From contig JBHGNT010000002.1 in NCBI GenBank assembly GCA_043228905.1, forward strand, positions 11,532,001-11,596,000: a DNA stretch of 64,000 bases. Reading direction: 5' to 3'. Of this stretch, positions 24,101-37,611 are shown in pieces. The stretch's first letter is position 1. Each line of letters starts with the position of its first letter. A program made the translations under genes and the position numbers. The stretch is from Azolla caroliniana. Lineage: Eukaryota > Plantae > Polypodiophyta. Below the pieces are notes generated by a model that saw only the letters and a program-made list of their open reading frames with translations, did not search any database and was not told the origin of the DNA.

Positions 24101-24290
24101 ATATCCAAAGGTACCGAAGAAGAGGCTGGGAGCGGCAACGAGGAGAGAGTCGGGAACCAACCCGACCGGAAGACGAATTGGTCAGTAATCCGACACGACC
24201 GGAAGACGACGCGGAAAAAGATTTTATTACTTGGTCAACTAGAGTAGAAACGAGCCTCTGGAAAATGATAGACAGAGACATATGTATGTA
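21182..24290 (+). mobile_element. 5' part of a third gypsy element: LTR (21182-22666, split by a MITE), tRNA-Trp PBS, degenerate gag-like/acidic region; 3'-truncated
   Basis: TGTCGTGAAG start, ..tcgaCA tctt TGGTGAACCCAACGTGAA; no second LTR before the topoisomerase gene. Confidence 0.75.
21584..22305. mobile_element. non-autonomous hAT element (MITE)
   Basis: TIR TAGCAATG(C/G)GCCCGGTT, 8-bp TSD ctcccgac/ctcccaac, many subterminal AAACC(G/A) motifs, AT-rich core with a 21-bp repeat. Confidence 0.9.
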
Positions 24291-24516
24291 ATAGATATAC
24301 ATATGTATAGTCTTCTTATAGATATGTATGTATATGTATGTATGTATGAGAGAGTGTGCAGTGCAATCGCAGGAGGCATATGTTTGTAAATTTGCTGAAG
24401 TTTAGGGTTTTGTATTTGTTTCGAGGGTTTTAGGGTTCTTTCATTTCAAAGAAGCTCTGCTGTTCTTTCGTATACGAAGAAGATGCGATGCGGGCGGCAC
24501 TGTAGGTAGGCCTGAC

Positions 24517-27500
24517 ATGCCACTTTTCTTCCTTCCTTCCGCCATGGGATGTTATTATTATTGCACAGGGAATCTATGTGGGGCAATGGCGCTGCCTAAT
24601 CTTCACTGTGGTGGAACCACTCTCTTTAAGCAAGCGATACTGAGTTCGAAACCCCTCCAAACCCTTAAGTTTCACAACAATTCATCGACAATTTCATCAT
24701 TACCACCACAATCATCAGCTTTTTCTTCCTCCACTAATTTGCTGAGATGCCCGTTCGGTTTAGCACGGCGTCGCAGGTTCAACAGATATATCTTCTATTC
24801 TTCAGCGCACGGCTATTCTTCTTTCAGTGGTTTTCTTCTTGGGCAAAAAAAGGACGAATCTGGAAAGGTCTTGCATCTGAAGTCCAAGGTGAGGCCTTTT
24901 GCTTTCAACATACACTAGATTTCGCATTGGGTCATCAAGTTGTCAAGGTTTCACTCAATAATCAAGTCTTTAAGCCATGACTATGGACCCTCAGGTGTTA
25001 CATTTACTCTATATCATGTACACACATGATTACATACTCTTTATTTTTTTGCAACAAAATGTAAATGAAAGGCAAAAATGCTCCTTTGAAGTGAAACTGG
25101 TTTTGATTTGCGTTCCCACTCTCTATTTCTTGTAGTTATTAATCTACACCTACCTAATGTTTATATGTGCAAACCTGGGCATTTCCTTGATTTCTATTGT
25201 TCTTTGATGCCAAAATTGGTTTTGTATGCCTTTCTTGAAGGAGTTATCAAAGTGTTAGCATTTAATCTCATCAATGAAATCAATGTAACATATAAACATT
25301 TTAATAGCCCTCTTTTGAGGGGTTGATTTTTTTATTGAATTGCATCAAGTGCATTTGATTAGTTATTATAATAAACATGTTCATCATGTTCCTTGAGAGA
25401 ATAAGAGTACTTAATTATATCAAGTACTCCAATCAATTGACGTTATAAAACATAATAGTTGAGTTTTATGAGACGATAATGATCAAATTTGCATTGACCT
25501 ATATTATGTACACTTAATGTGAATTGGGTTTCTTGAGTGTATAAGAACAAAATTTTCATTTAACTGTATAAACTATAATTAATCAATCGTCAATTAAACA
25601 TGTGAATTGTGTCTTTCAGGGTTCAAGATGGATGCAACAGCCCTTCTGCTGCTCTCGATGGAGGCTATTCAATACATCTACTGATGTAATAAGTTATGGG
25701 TCATCAAAGTTGGATTCAGAGGAGAGTGGATTTGCACCATCAAGTGTGTCTGACAATAAGAAGTTTGTCGTTGTGGTTGAATCTGCGGTGAAAGCCAAGA
25801 CTATTGAGAAATATTTAGGGTCTGATTTTATTGTTCTGCCTACTTATGGCCATGTTCGAGATTTAGCTGCAAGAGCAGGTTCTGTGAGACCCGATGATGA
25901 ATATGCAATGGTGTGGGAGGTTCCAGAAGCAGCTCAGCCCCACGTTGCAAAGATAAAGAATGCTCTTAAAGGGTATGTGGTTGTTTCTCTCTTGGTACTT
26001 TTGCTTTTGATTTGTTGACAAAAGCTTTCCTTCGGTTCCTATGGTAATTTGCTATGTTGTTTTGAGTGTGATAATCAGCATTGGGAATTGCAGTTTGAAT
26101 ATGTGATAATTATGATTGGCCACTGTAGTTGGAATACGAAAATGGGCAATGTAGCTAGAACTTTTTTAGGTTTATCTTTCAATTAGTGTGCTGAATTTGA
26201 TCATTGTTGTACCAAAAGGACTGGGCAATCGGGGTCAGTGTTGCTTGTTGCAGACCAAATGAACCTACAATCTGTGATGCTTTCTTGTTACTGTTTATCC
26301 ACAACATCCTAGATTCTATTGTAGGGCAATACATTTATAACATCTTGGATGGTTTTAGTGGGCATACCTGATGGCCTCGGAAGATCGGGAGCGTTTATCA
26401 CAGAATGAGGAGTGTTCCTTTTAAAGTCAAGAAGGAAAATTGTCAACATTATTCTCAGCTCTCAAGACGTCGAAACAATTCAAGCCATACAGAAACTCGA
26501 GTTTCCATCCTTGAGAAACTAATGACCTTTAGTGTTGCCACACTCCTCATTAGACAAGTTAAGTATTAACACCATGCAAACAAATGTTGAGTTGGTTCTT
26601 GGATAACCAATCCAAATCAAGTCCTTCATTTTGGTGCCTTGGGTAAAGTTCAAGATTAATCTAGTTTGCAATTTTCCTTACTCATTTTCAATGCTCTCCT
26701 AAGTCAATAGAAAAATCTTCCTAGAAGGGCCATTATTTCATTCATTATGTTTCATAGCACTTCAAAACAGGGATGGCCTCGTATAGTTTTATCATTGAAG
26801 TTTCCAAAGTAAATCTACCAAAACAAGGCATAATAAACAACTGCCAAAGTTATCAACAACAACACATTGCCATTACCAATGTTCTCCATATCAACTCAAC
26901 TACATTAGGTTAGAGGCATCAAACCTTGCATCTTCTGTATACTGAATCATCTTAGTTGAACTTTCGTGGGGGCAAAAAGGAGTCCCAAAAGGTTCATGTA
27001 GTCTGCACTCCTCTACGTTTGGATATTCCAACCACTTATTGTTATTGTAAAGAGGATTAATATAGGGTGGTTGTGAAGAAATTTTGGTTAAATTTTAACA
27101 TCAGCACCCCCTGCTTTCTCTCTCGGAAAGACTAGATTGATACAGGCATTCCACGCGGTCATCTAATACAGTTAGATGAACCTAGTTTGCAGGTTGTAAA
27201 ATTCAGCTTATTGCTAGTGTGTATCCTCAATGAGAGAGCACAGAGTTGAAATGAATGCAGGCCAATTGGTAAGGGTGTCCAGTAAATATTAGAATGCCAT
27301 GCTAACTTAGTGCATGCAGTTAGTGATAAAAACATGGAGCCAAGGTCTCTTGGCCAGACTAGACTGATATAGACATTCCACGTGGTCATCTAATACAAAT
27401 AGTGAAATTTGAACCTGGCTTACAGGTGGTGAAATTCGGCTTATTGCTAGTGTGCATCCCCAATGAGAGAGAAGAGAGTTGAGATGGGTTCAGGCCAATT

Positions 27501-30500
27501 GGTAAGGGTTTCCAGCGAGTACTAGAATGTCATGCTAACTTAGTGCAGTTAGTGATGAAAACATGGAATCCAGGTGTATGGACTAATAAAAACATGGCTT
27601 ACTACTCTGGAACATGCGAGTATTAGAATGTCATGCTAACTTAGTGCAGTTAGTGATGAAAACATGGAATCCAGGTGTATGGACTAATAAAAAGACTGCT
27701 TACGACTCTGGAACATCTCAATAAAAAAAATGAAAAAAATAGATAGAGAGAGAGCCCGTTTGTTGATTTTATATTTTACATAATGTAATACAATGCCCTT
27801 TACTGTATATATATAGAGAAAGAGGACATCTTATGTAGGGCGAAATCTTTGGTGCTTGCATCGGATCCTGACAGAGAAGGTGAAGCAATTGCATGGCATG
27901 TGTCAGAGCTGATGAAGGCTGAGGGTCTTTTGAAGAGCAAGAAACTCAAGGTTTCAAGGGTGACATTCAATGAGATCACACGAACTTCTGTTCTGCAGGC
28001 CATGCAACTTCCAAGAGATATATCGTTGACACTTGTGAATGCATACCTTGCACGGCGTGCTCTTGATCATCTGATAGGTTTTGCTCTTTCGCCTGTTCTA
28101 TGGAGAAAGCTTCCTGGAAGCCGGTCAGCTGGTCGGGTACAATCTGCTGCACTTAGATTGGTATGTGAAAGAGAGAATGAAATCGAAGAGTTTACATCGC
28201 ATGAATATTGGACGATGGAGGCTTTTGCTTGCTGTGAGGGGCAAATGGGTCTCTCCAACTTGTTTCGAATACGTCCTACTTATTATGACGGGAAAAAGAT
28301 TGAACAATTTTCTCTATCTTCTGATTCTGCCAAGCTGTTATCTGATCAGCTCATGGGTGCTAAACTCAAAGTTTCGAATGTGAAAAAGAGTATAAGAAGG
28401 AGAAATCCACTTCCACCTTACATGACCTCAACACTTCAACAGGATGCACAAACCAAGTTGGGGTTTGGAGCTGTTCGGACAATGACTGTATGTGTTTTAT
28501 TCCATTTATCACAAATACTTGAGCACCTTTTGACTGTTTTATCTGACATTTTACATCAATTCATTTAGAGTTTATATACCCTAGTAATTCTTTAATGGTT
28601 GTTAGGTGAACAGTTGGCCCAAAAGCTTTATGAGGGTGTCAAATTGGGCACCGAAGAGCTAACGGGATTGATAACTTACATGAGAACTGATGGGTTAGAT
28701 GTATACATTTCGAAATCCTATTACATGTCTACATTTGATTCCTTCATTGATTTGATTTGTTTATCTAGTCTTTACTGCTGATTTTGTACAAACAGCTATC
28801 AAAAGAGGCAGTGCAGAATGTCCGTGCTCTTATTGCTGAAAGGTACATAATTTCTGTGTCTTTTATCAGTTCTTTTTGGTCTACAAATACTTAAGGAATA
28901 ATTAACGTAAATAAATGTGATAGTATATTCTTGTAGGTACGGAGACAAGTATGTCCCTGCAGAACCTAGGAAATTCACCTCAAAAGTGAAGAATGCCCAG
29001 GAGGCTCATGAAGCAATAAGGGCAACGGACATTTACCGATTTCCTTGTATGTATCATAACATGTAGCTTCTCCAAATAATCAGTGCAATTTCTATTCTTG
29101 GCTTGAAGATTCTAATGCTATAATAAATAGCTTCTCTAAATAATCAGTGCTATTTCTATCCTTGGGTTGAAGACTTTAATGGTATTCTCAACCTATTTTC
29201 ATTGTAGCAAGATTGATACATGTATTGGAAAAAGATGCTCTGTCCTTATACACATTAATCTGGAGGCGTACAATGGCATGTCAAATGGAGCAGGCTGTGT
29301 ATGATGAGGTCCTTACATTCTACTTATACATATATGGATAATGAAAGAAAATCTTCTAGTTTTGGGTACAAAGGGCTTAAAAAACGGAATGATTCATTGA
29401 GCAATTTCTTACAAAGAATTGGCACAAAACTATATCTGATATATACATGTGTGTGTGTGTGTGTATCTATATATATACATACGCACATACATTTACATGC
29501 ATACACATACATACATATGTATGTATGTATGTACGTATGCATGCATGTATGTATGTATGTATGTACGTATGCATGCATGTATGTATGTATGTATGTATGT
29601 ATGTATGTATGTATGTATGTATGTATGTATGTATGTATGTATGCATGCATGCATGTATGTATGCATGCATGCATGCATGTATGTATGTATGTATGTATTA
29701 TATGATAAATAGATAGAGATGCCAAAATTTGATATAGAAGTTTGTAATAAACAGGTTTTGGTAGACTTTATAACTGAAGATGAAGCTATATGTGCACGGG
29801 CCAGCAGCAGTTATGTTTCATTTTCTGGGTTTTTAGCAGTCATAGAGGTACACTTCCCCTCCTTCTGCGTGGATGTGTTTGTATTGAAATGTTGAGCCCT
29901 TTGTGGGTCTATTTAACTACATCTGTATGATGTAACTGATTATATGATGTCTATTTACCTGCACATCTGTCAATACACATGCATGGAAATGACCTATAAA
30001 ATGTAGAACTGATACAATCTGCAATTGAAGTGTTTTGCAAAAAAGCATTGGGTTGTCTCTTGTAACCTGTTTGGGTTTCTAGATTTCACTCAACTTGCAA
30101 AGCAATTTCTTTCTATTTTAAAGGTTTGGAAAAGGATTTTGGATCTTTGGACTAGTATAGTATCACTATGATAAGAAATTCGTGTGTTTGGTGATCTATT
30201 ACTTTCCAAAGGCTGTTTTTGAATGTGATAAACACTTTCATATTTCACCTTTTGTAAACCTACACTAAAACTTAGAGATCGACCTTTAGAGCACTTATTT
30301 GATTGTTGTATGCTAATTAACATTGATAAAATATCAGTAAAAGTATGTTTACAGTCGTTATCATTCCTCTTCATGTATGGTGTATATAGCTATTCAAAAT
30401 GTGTCACACAAAGATACCAGGAATGATGGCTTATTCTAATCAGGGGTGCAGCATGTAGAAGATTCGACCATTCCTTACATTCCTTGCATGTGTTCAGATT

Positions 30501-33500
30501 GCATGCCGGAAATGATGACAACCACTAAATTATGCTGATTGCTTTCTCATTGAAAGATGGATTTATATATTATTTGTGTTACTGCAGGATAAACAATGTA
30601 CTCTGGATTCTGGAGATGAACAGATGGTGGAACAGGTTGGGGATGACGATGTCACAATCAATGAGGGCAATGATTTACCCTCATTTGAGGTAATATCTGA
30701 TACCCAGTCTGTTAAACTTTCTGAAATATACCCTTTTAATTGACTTTCTTAATGTTAAGTTTCATTTATGAAAAAGGGTTTAGGGTAATTTCTGATACCC
30801 AAGCAGTTAAGATGATTTGAAATATACCCTTCTAAACTACACTTTCTTAATGTTGATTTTTCAATTTCAAGAAAGGGGATGCCATAGTGGTGAAAAAGGT
30901 TGACCCACAGCAGCATTTCACTCGCCCACCTCCGCGATATTCTGAAGGACTTTTGGTGAGTCATGAACAACTGATTGCTGTTTCCTTTTAGTTGTTAATG
31001 TACTGTTTTGAATAAAATTTGAAGTTGTTGCCACAATATTTGCTATTAACTTATAGTTTCCTTGGCTAATTGCTAATCGATTTCTTATCTTTGTTCATAC
31101 TATGCTCATTAAAGGTGAAGGCAATGGAGGAGCATGGTATTGGAAGACCATCCACATACGCACCCACATTGCGAACATTACAGGTGCCTGACCATGTGCT
31201 AACAGTATAATATCTTTTTGTCCTGGCTTGATTGGACTTGAAACCATTCTATGAATTTGATTCGATCTCTTCTGTTTGCAGTCGAGAAAGTATGTCAAAA
31301 TTGAGCATCATCGTATCATTCCAGAATTTCGTGGTCGGATGGTAAGAGAGCTGAAACTAACTGAATATCCAATCCCTAATGGCAATTTGAGCTGATTATG
31401 CATAAATATTGAATGCAGGTTATAGCTTTCCTTTCTCACTATTTCCCTAAATTTATAGATTATTCATTCACTGCAGATCTTGAAGAGCAGGTAATGTAAT
31501 TTCTTGTACATCACATATTTTGAATCTCTCAAAAATATTTTACTTTGATATGACATTAGTGTTCTAAATAAGGGATTGCGAAATCTGGAAGTAATACAAT
31601 GAATATTATCTTTTTAGTTGGATGAAGTCTCTGGGGGAAATCTGGAGTGGAAGGAAGTTTTGACAGAATTTTGGCCTCCATTTCATGAGGATATTTCGAC
31701 AGTGATGAAGATTCCAATTCAAACGGCAAGTGTCAATGTCTTTTTCATTTATGTTTTATAGAACTATATGAATGATATCATTTGTACTGGGTTTTTGGGC
31801 AGGTTGTTGAAATGATGCAGGAAACATTTGCTACTCAATGGTTTAAAGGACTTGGAACTAATGGATGTGTTTGTCCAAAGTAATACTTTGTTGCATCTTT
31901 GTGCCAACTATTTATATGGCCATATATCAATTTGGATTTTTACTGGAGCTTTTTGTACTTCTAGTTGTGGATTGGGAAAGCTTACTCTCAAACTGAGTCG
32001 GTATGGATCAGGTTACTTTTTTGGTTGTGACAGTTATCCAGATTGCAGGTTTATATCTCATGCTGGGGACTATGTTATCAATGTTCAAGACATTTATAAG
32101 AATGAAATGTCGAAATCTTGCTCTATTTATGTTGATCTTCATCTTGATCAAATTTGAGTCATATATTTACCTATTAATCTTCATTCTTCGTTGTTTCTTT
32201 CAGCTTCAAAGCAGAGGTTCTTTCAACTGAGGATATTGACTCAACTGAAGATCAGAGGGACACTCAGATGATCTTCAAGCAAATCGAACATGTAGATATT
32301 TTTATTGGTTTAGATCCCAGTACAAACTTGGAGGTACGTGGGTGTAATGAGGTTTTCTTGGAAAAGGATAAACATGAAGGATAAGATTAGTTGTAAGACA
32401 TCAGAGTAGTTATTTGCAACAGTACCGACGAACACATCTAATATAGGAGTTATGGGCTGAAAACTATATTTATCTTAGGGTATCTTCAGTTTGAGTTCTC
32501 ATCTTGAGTATTACAGATGGTGATAAACTTGTCTTGATCTTTGACGTGCAGGTTCGTGCGAAAAAAGGACCATTTGGATATTACATACAGCTTGGACAAG
32601 ATGGCAAGAGAAAGCAATTCTTCAAGATTCCTGTGGTATGATAGGTTGAATCTTGTGAAACATTTACATCGTATTCTTGAATAGTGAATCTTTTTTCCCC
32701 TAAGTTAAAAGTTGTTCCTCCCTGTAAATGTGTTATGCAGGGAGTTAATCCTGCTGAGATTACACTGGAAAATGCCATTCAATTAATGAAATATCCTTTG
32801 ACACTGGTATGATGAAGTGAATTCAAGTATATTATCTGGATTGATGTTAACACATTCTCTGGCTCTGAAGTGAATTCAAATATACGCTCACCTGGATTGA
32901 GTTGTATGCAGGGAAAGCACCCAGATGATGGAGATGCAGTTGTTCTTGGCATCGGAAAAAAATCATATTTCATCAGACACCGTAGTGCTACAGTTCTTGT
33001 TCCAAAGGTATTTGGTTGTCATTTCATTTCGTTACACCACATATGAATAACAATTCTTTTCATTCTTCCAATATAGTAAAATGCTTTTACAGGATGAAAA
33101 TATTGAAGAAATGAATTTAGAGAAAGCTGTGGAACTGCTAAAGGGGAAGGATGTGAAACGAAGAGGTCGGAAGAGCCTGTTAGTGTTGGCAGCTGAAGAA
33201 AAGGAAAGGAAGCTTGCTCAACTTAAAAGGACTGCAAAATACTTGAAGCAGACGAATGTGGTGAAAGATAAATGTTCTGACATGTCTGATGAAAAAAATA
33301 TGGCAAAAGCAAAAACTGCCATGAAGCCAGAAGCTGATACTGAAGGTTCTCTGCAGAAGGCAAAAGGTTAGATTGATAATGGTAGTATTTTAGGTCTTAT
33401 TATTATTTTGATGCATTGATTATGTGTGGTTTGTGTATATCTGCATCCTATTCACAGGCACATCTAGAACATCAACAAGCCTGAAAGGTGTGAAAGTATT

Positions 33501-34167
33501 GAATTTGGAAGTAAATATGGAATCAGATGATATGAGATCAACACCTAAAAAGTTGAGGCCGAAAAAGGTGAAGGAACCAGATATCATAGATGCCGACAAG
33601 TCTTCAGAGATGATCGATTCAAACCCAAAGGCACAATTAAAAAGAATTGTATCACAGGAAAATAAAACATCCGAATTAGAGTCATCTGGTGAAAGTCGGA
33701 TAGAAGAGTCAAAGTCCAAAACACTGAAAAAATCATCTAAGATGAAAAAAGCAGAGACTGAGTCAAATGAACATATTAAATCAGAGATACCGAAAAAATT
33801 AAGTGTGAAAAAATCAAAATCAGAGCGAGAGGAAGGTACTGGATTGGAGACACCGCAAGCATCATCAAGAGTGAAAAGGGAAAAGGTAGAGTCAGAGGAA
33901 AGTAGTATATCAGAGCCAAAAAAATTGTCAAGGGTGAAGAAGGAAAAAGCACATTCAGAGAAAACGGGTATATCAGAGACACCAAAAAAATCATCTAGGG
34001 TGAAAAAGGAAAAGGTAGAATCAGATGACAGTGGTATATTAAAGACACTGGAAAATTCATCAAAGACTAAAAAGGAAAAAGTAGGATCAACAGAAATTTG
34101 TATATCAGAGACACCAAAGAAGTCAACGGTGAAAAAGGAAAGGAAGTCAGAGGAAAGTGATGCCTGA
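24517..34167 (+). CDS. type IA DNA topoisomerase (bacterial TopA-like, probably organelle-targeted), more than 20 exons
   Basis: TOPRIM VVVESAVKAKTI, GHVRDL, LASDPDREGEAIAWH, SAGRVQS, catalytic LITYMRTDG, AQEAHEAIR, GIGRPSTY, Zn ribbon CPNC..GCDSYPDC; Ser-rich N-terminus resembling a transit peptide. Exact start codon uncertain (24517, 24544 or 24586). Confidence 0.93.
27150..27716 (+). repeat. diverged tandem duplications in a topoisomerase intron
   Basis: cattccacg.ggtcatctaataca unit repeated at about 230 bp; tagaatgtcatgctaacttagtgcagttagtgatgaaaacatgg repeated at about 100 bp. Confidence 0.8.
29445..29697. repeat. (TG)n/(TATG)n microsatellite
   Basis: Direct reading. Confidence 0.95.
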
Positions 34168-34200
34168 GACACCCAAAAAACCATGAAATCAGAGGAAAGT
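33780..34200 (+). repeat. about 60-bp coding repeat giving a Lys/Ser/Glu-rich topoisomerase tail
   Basis: ISETPKKSSRVKKEKVES-type 20-aa units in the last exon. Confidence 0.85.
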
Positions 34201-36076
34201 GATGTGCTGGAGGCACTGAACAGAATATCAGGACATAAAATGACCAAGGTGGAGGATAAGGTTGTACAATGATTTCAGAACCAGTGATTATTTAGAAATG
34301 TACTGAGAAAATCTCAACATGATCAAGATGATTCTGAGAGCCAACATTAGAAAATTCTTGAACCCAGAAAACCAGCAAAGAATTGTGTTGGTACCTTGTA
34401 TAGAAAAAGCTAACCCCATTTTTGTAATACATAGGTTCTTTCGTTCCAGCACGGCATTCTTGCTAATACTGAGGTTTATATATTCACAATCACAATACAT
34501 TGCTGTGCTTTTGGATTTTAGGGAAATTTTCTATTTACTTGGGTTATGAGAAGATTTAAGCAAATTGTTTAAAACTCCTAACATATATCTAGAAGAGTAC
34601 TACCACATGCCCCGAAGAATATGAGAAACGTAACAGTAGTGGGCATCTGTGCGAATTGTTGATGCTAGAATATAGTAGCAGCAAGACGTTTTGTATATGT
34701 TGTTATGCTTTGTTTTGCTTATATTTCAAACTGATGGAAGAAGTCCAATGTTTTCTTTGTCAAGTAGAGAATTTGTCATGTGCCATCCTGTATTATCAGT
34801 CTTGATACTAGGTTGGATTATCAGTGGCTGAATTCTCTATATGGGTGGAAGAATGCAGTGTTAATCATTATCTTGAAGTTACGCCATCTAGGTTGATGAC
34901 AAAATTTGAACTGATACTAGAGATTGCCAATTTGCAATCAAGTGGCACCTTGGTTGAGATTAACATCGAGGCCCAATGATGGTCCTAGAGGAGGACGTCC
35001 AACCGGGTGTAACTGTGCAAGTATCAAATTGTTGCTTGAATGGCAGGATCTAGAATGTTAATGTAGTTTTGAGCAAAAATCTTCATGACCCTTAGCATAT
35101 GTTTTTAAGAAAGAGTGATGGTTAAAAAGTTGTACATATGTAGCTAGGTATATATACAAGTTTGCATAAGATTTTGCTCCAATTTATCAATAAAACCCAA
35201 ACAAGTGCGTGAGAAGGGGAGTGTGGACAAGCTAAAAAATCTAGGGAAGTAGAGCCACATGGCGATTGTAAAATCAATCGTATGGCTTTTCTTCAGCTTT
35301 GATTTGATTGATATCCTCTTAGCTCCACACCCTTCTTCTCGTAGACCTTTTTTGCAATATATTTTTCTAAATCGCAATTATAACCCTTTTCATCAACAAC
35401 TTCATAGTCCACTCCTTCCATGCTTCTGTCACTAGCCTATGTGGTTAAGTGCACAATAAAGGCTTAAACACTAACCACGAGGGCAAGGGGCCCTTGTACT
35501 CCAAAACCATGGAAAGCAATAAAGCACAAAAAGGGGTAAATGATGTTGAAACTAACTCTAATATTAATAAAAGCTAACATTTTAGGTAGCATTATCTTAA
35601 AAAGACGTGACTGTTACAATTGTAACAATCACATTTCAAATGCATTTAAAGGCTAGAGCAACACATATTTCTGTATGAGTACATCTAAGCACATATGCAC
35701 AAGTTCATAGTTTAATTCCAATATCCATCTAGTACCTTCTTACATGTGTCGTCATCTCCATTGAAGTTATAATCACTACATTGTATCACAACAGAGTTTC
35801 GATAAAAACTTGAGCACTATCCTCTTTAGCTAAATATCTTTGAACCTCTAGTCGTAATCCAATCAATATGACTACATCTACCAAGAAATATGTATTAGAG
35901 AATTCAGGTGTGCTCAAAGAGAAATTTGATGTGTGTATCTTGAAATTCATGTGTGCATGAAGAGAAATTCAATGTTATCTTGAAATTTCAATGTGTCCCC
36001 CCGTACAATACACTATAACAAATCTATTTTCAAGTTTGGTTATTTATTCATTGCGTTTGACATTTAAGAATGCAAA

Positions 36077-37611
36077 TGATGCTTGGACAAAGCAAGCGCA
36101 TGCCGTGGGCTATATTGCATTGTCTAGGGATACACTCGGTGGCTGATTGGCTGCGGTTGTCCGGCAATAATCGTGATCAATTATATGAAGACATGGGAAA
36201 GGTCAGAAATGGCAGAAAGATGCTTGACGTAGTCAATACAGCTGTCTCCTCGCTTCCTATTGGTAATGAGGAAGAGGGTGAATGGTCTGGACAATGTGAT
36301 GGTACCGGAAATATTATCAATGTCAAGGGTCTAGGAAAGAGTGGGAAGACCGTCCTGATGGGATTATTAGATGAAAGTGCATGCTGGTACCCTATTAGAA
36401 TTGTGGCAAGACATGGAAAGAAATGGAAGGTGAATCCACCAGTCGAAGAGGTCGAGGAGGATTGGATCTTGTATGTGGTTGAAGGCAAGCCTCTCGAGCG
36501 CGTAGAATGGGATCCCGCTGAATATAGGTGGAAGGGAGAACAAGCTAAATCACTAGGTTTCTTCGAATACTCGACGTGCTTGGGGAGAAAGTTAGGTTCG
36601 TATCGTGTGAAATGTGCTAGCAAGTGGACCTATGCAACTATCGATTCAGTCTTTGTGGATAGAACCAGGAGCAGGATATGGAACTCATCCCTTCCCGAGC
36701 GGATCAAAGTGTTTTTCTGGTTAATCACCCATCGGGTTGTTCCAACGGGAGAGTGGCTTGGGAATAGAGGCGGCATGAGTGGTTGCAAGGCGTGTAGTGC
36801 GAGCTTGGAGGACATTGCTCACTGTTTGTGGTGCTGCCCACGAGCGCAAGAAATCTGGCTGAGGAGCTTAAGAATCTTGGCTCGTTTTGGGGTTGAGGTT
36901 CATGTATCGAGCGCAACAATCACTTGGCTGGCCACTGAATCGGCCTCGAGGTTTCAAGGGTGGAATGGAAACAGTCCTTCTTTAATGGTGAAGCAAGGAT
37001 CTGTGCAACCAGCAACGCAAGGAGGTTTATTCTTCTTACAGGAACGCTATGTGGACATATGGGTATTAGTGATCGGCCTTACGGTCTGGCAAGTGTGGGT
37101 ATCTCGGTGCAAGGAGACCCTCGCAGGTAAACGAACCCCACCGGCTGAGAATTTAATGATGATCTGGTTTAATCTTATTTCTACGTTGCGAGGTGAGTTT
37201 GAAAGTCTTCAAGGGCCATCTGATGCAAGTGAAGAAGCTAGAGCTCGATTCCTTCAGAAATGGAGCGGTTCGTCGATGCTGCAGTTAATGGATGGTAAAG
37301 TGAAGTGGAATTATCAACCACCGCGGTGGCTGTTCCCTCCAAGTGTTCCTAACATCTAGATGGGTGCTACCATGAGGAGCGAATGGAGGACATCTATGCT
37401 GAATTCTGTTTTGTATGAGGCTCACGTGGAGAATATGTGTTCGAGTAATGCTATACACATAGAATGATGTGGTGTTTTGGAGTTGTTTTTTTATGTTGTT
37501 TCATCTACACATTGTTTTCCTTTGACATGCAAGATGTCTTGTAAGATATGAGTTGTAAATGATTCCTTTGTACATTCTTAACTAATGGAAGTAGATGTTT
37601 TTAGAAAAAAA
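36077..37611 (+). mobile_element. 5'-truncated L1-like LINE (zf-RVT region, 3' UTR, short poly-A)
   Basis: IWNSSLPERIKVFFW..C..C..EDIAHCLWCC; A-tail at 37605; TSD AAGAATGCAAA at 36066-36076 and 37612-37622. Confidence 0.88.

Noticed and set aside
29301-29725. ORFs of MYVC/HTYI repeats (also at 59.8-60.7 kb and 61.5-61.9 kb)
   Set aside because: Microsatellite translation artefacts.
33420-34247. 275-aa Phe/Ser-rich minus-strand ORF
   Set aside because: Antisense shadow of the Lys/Glu-rich repeat exon.
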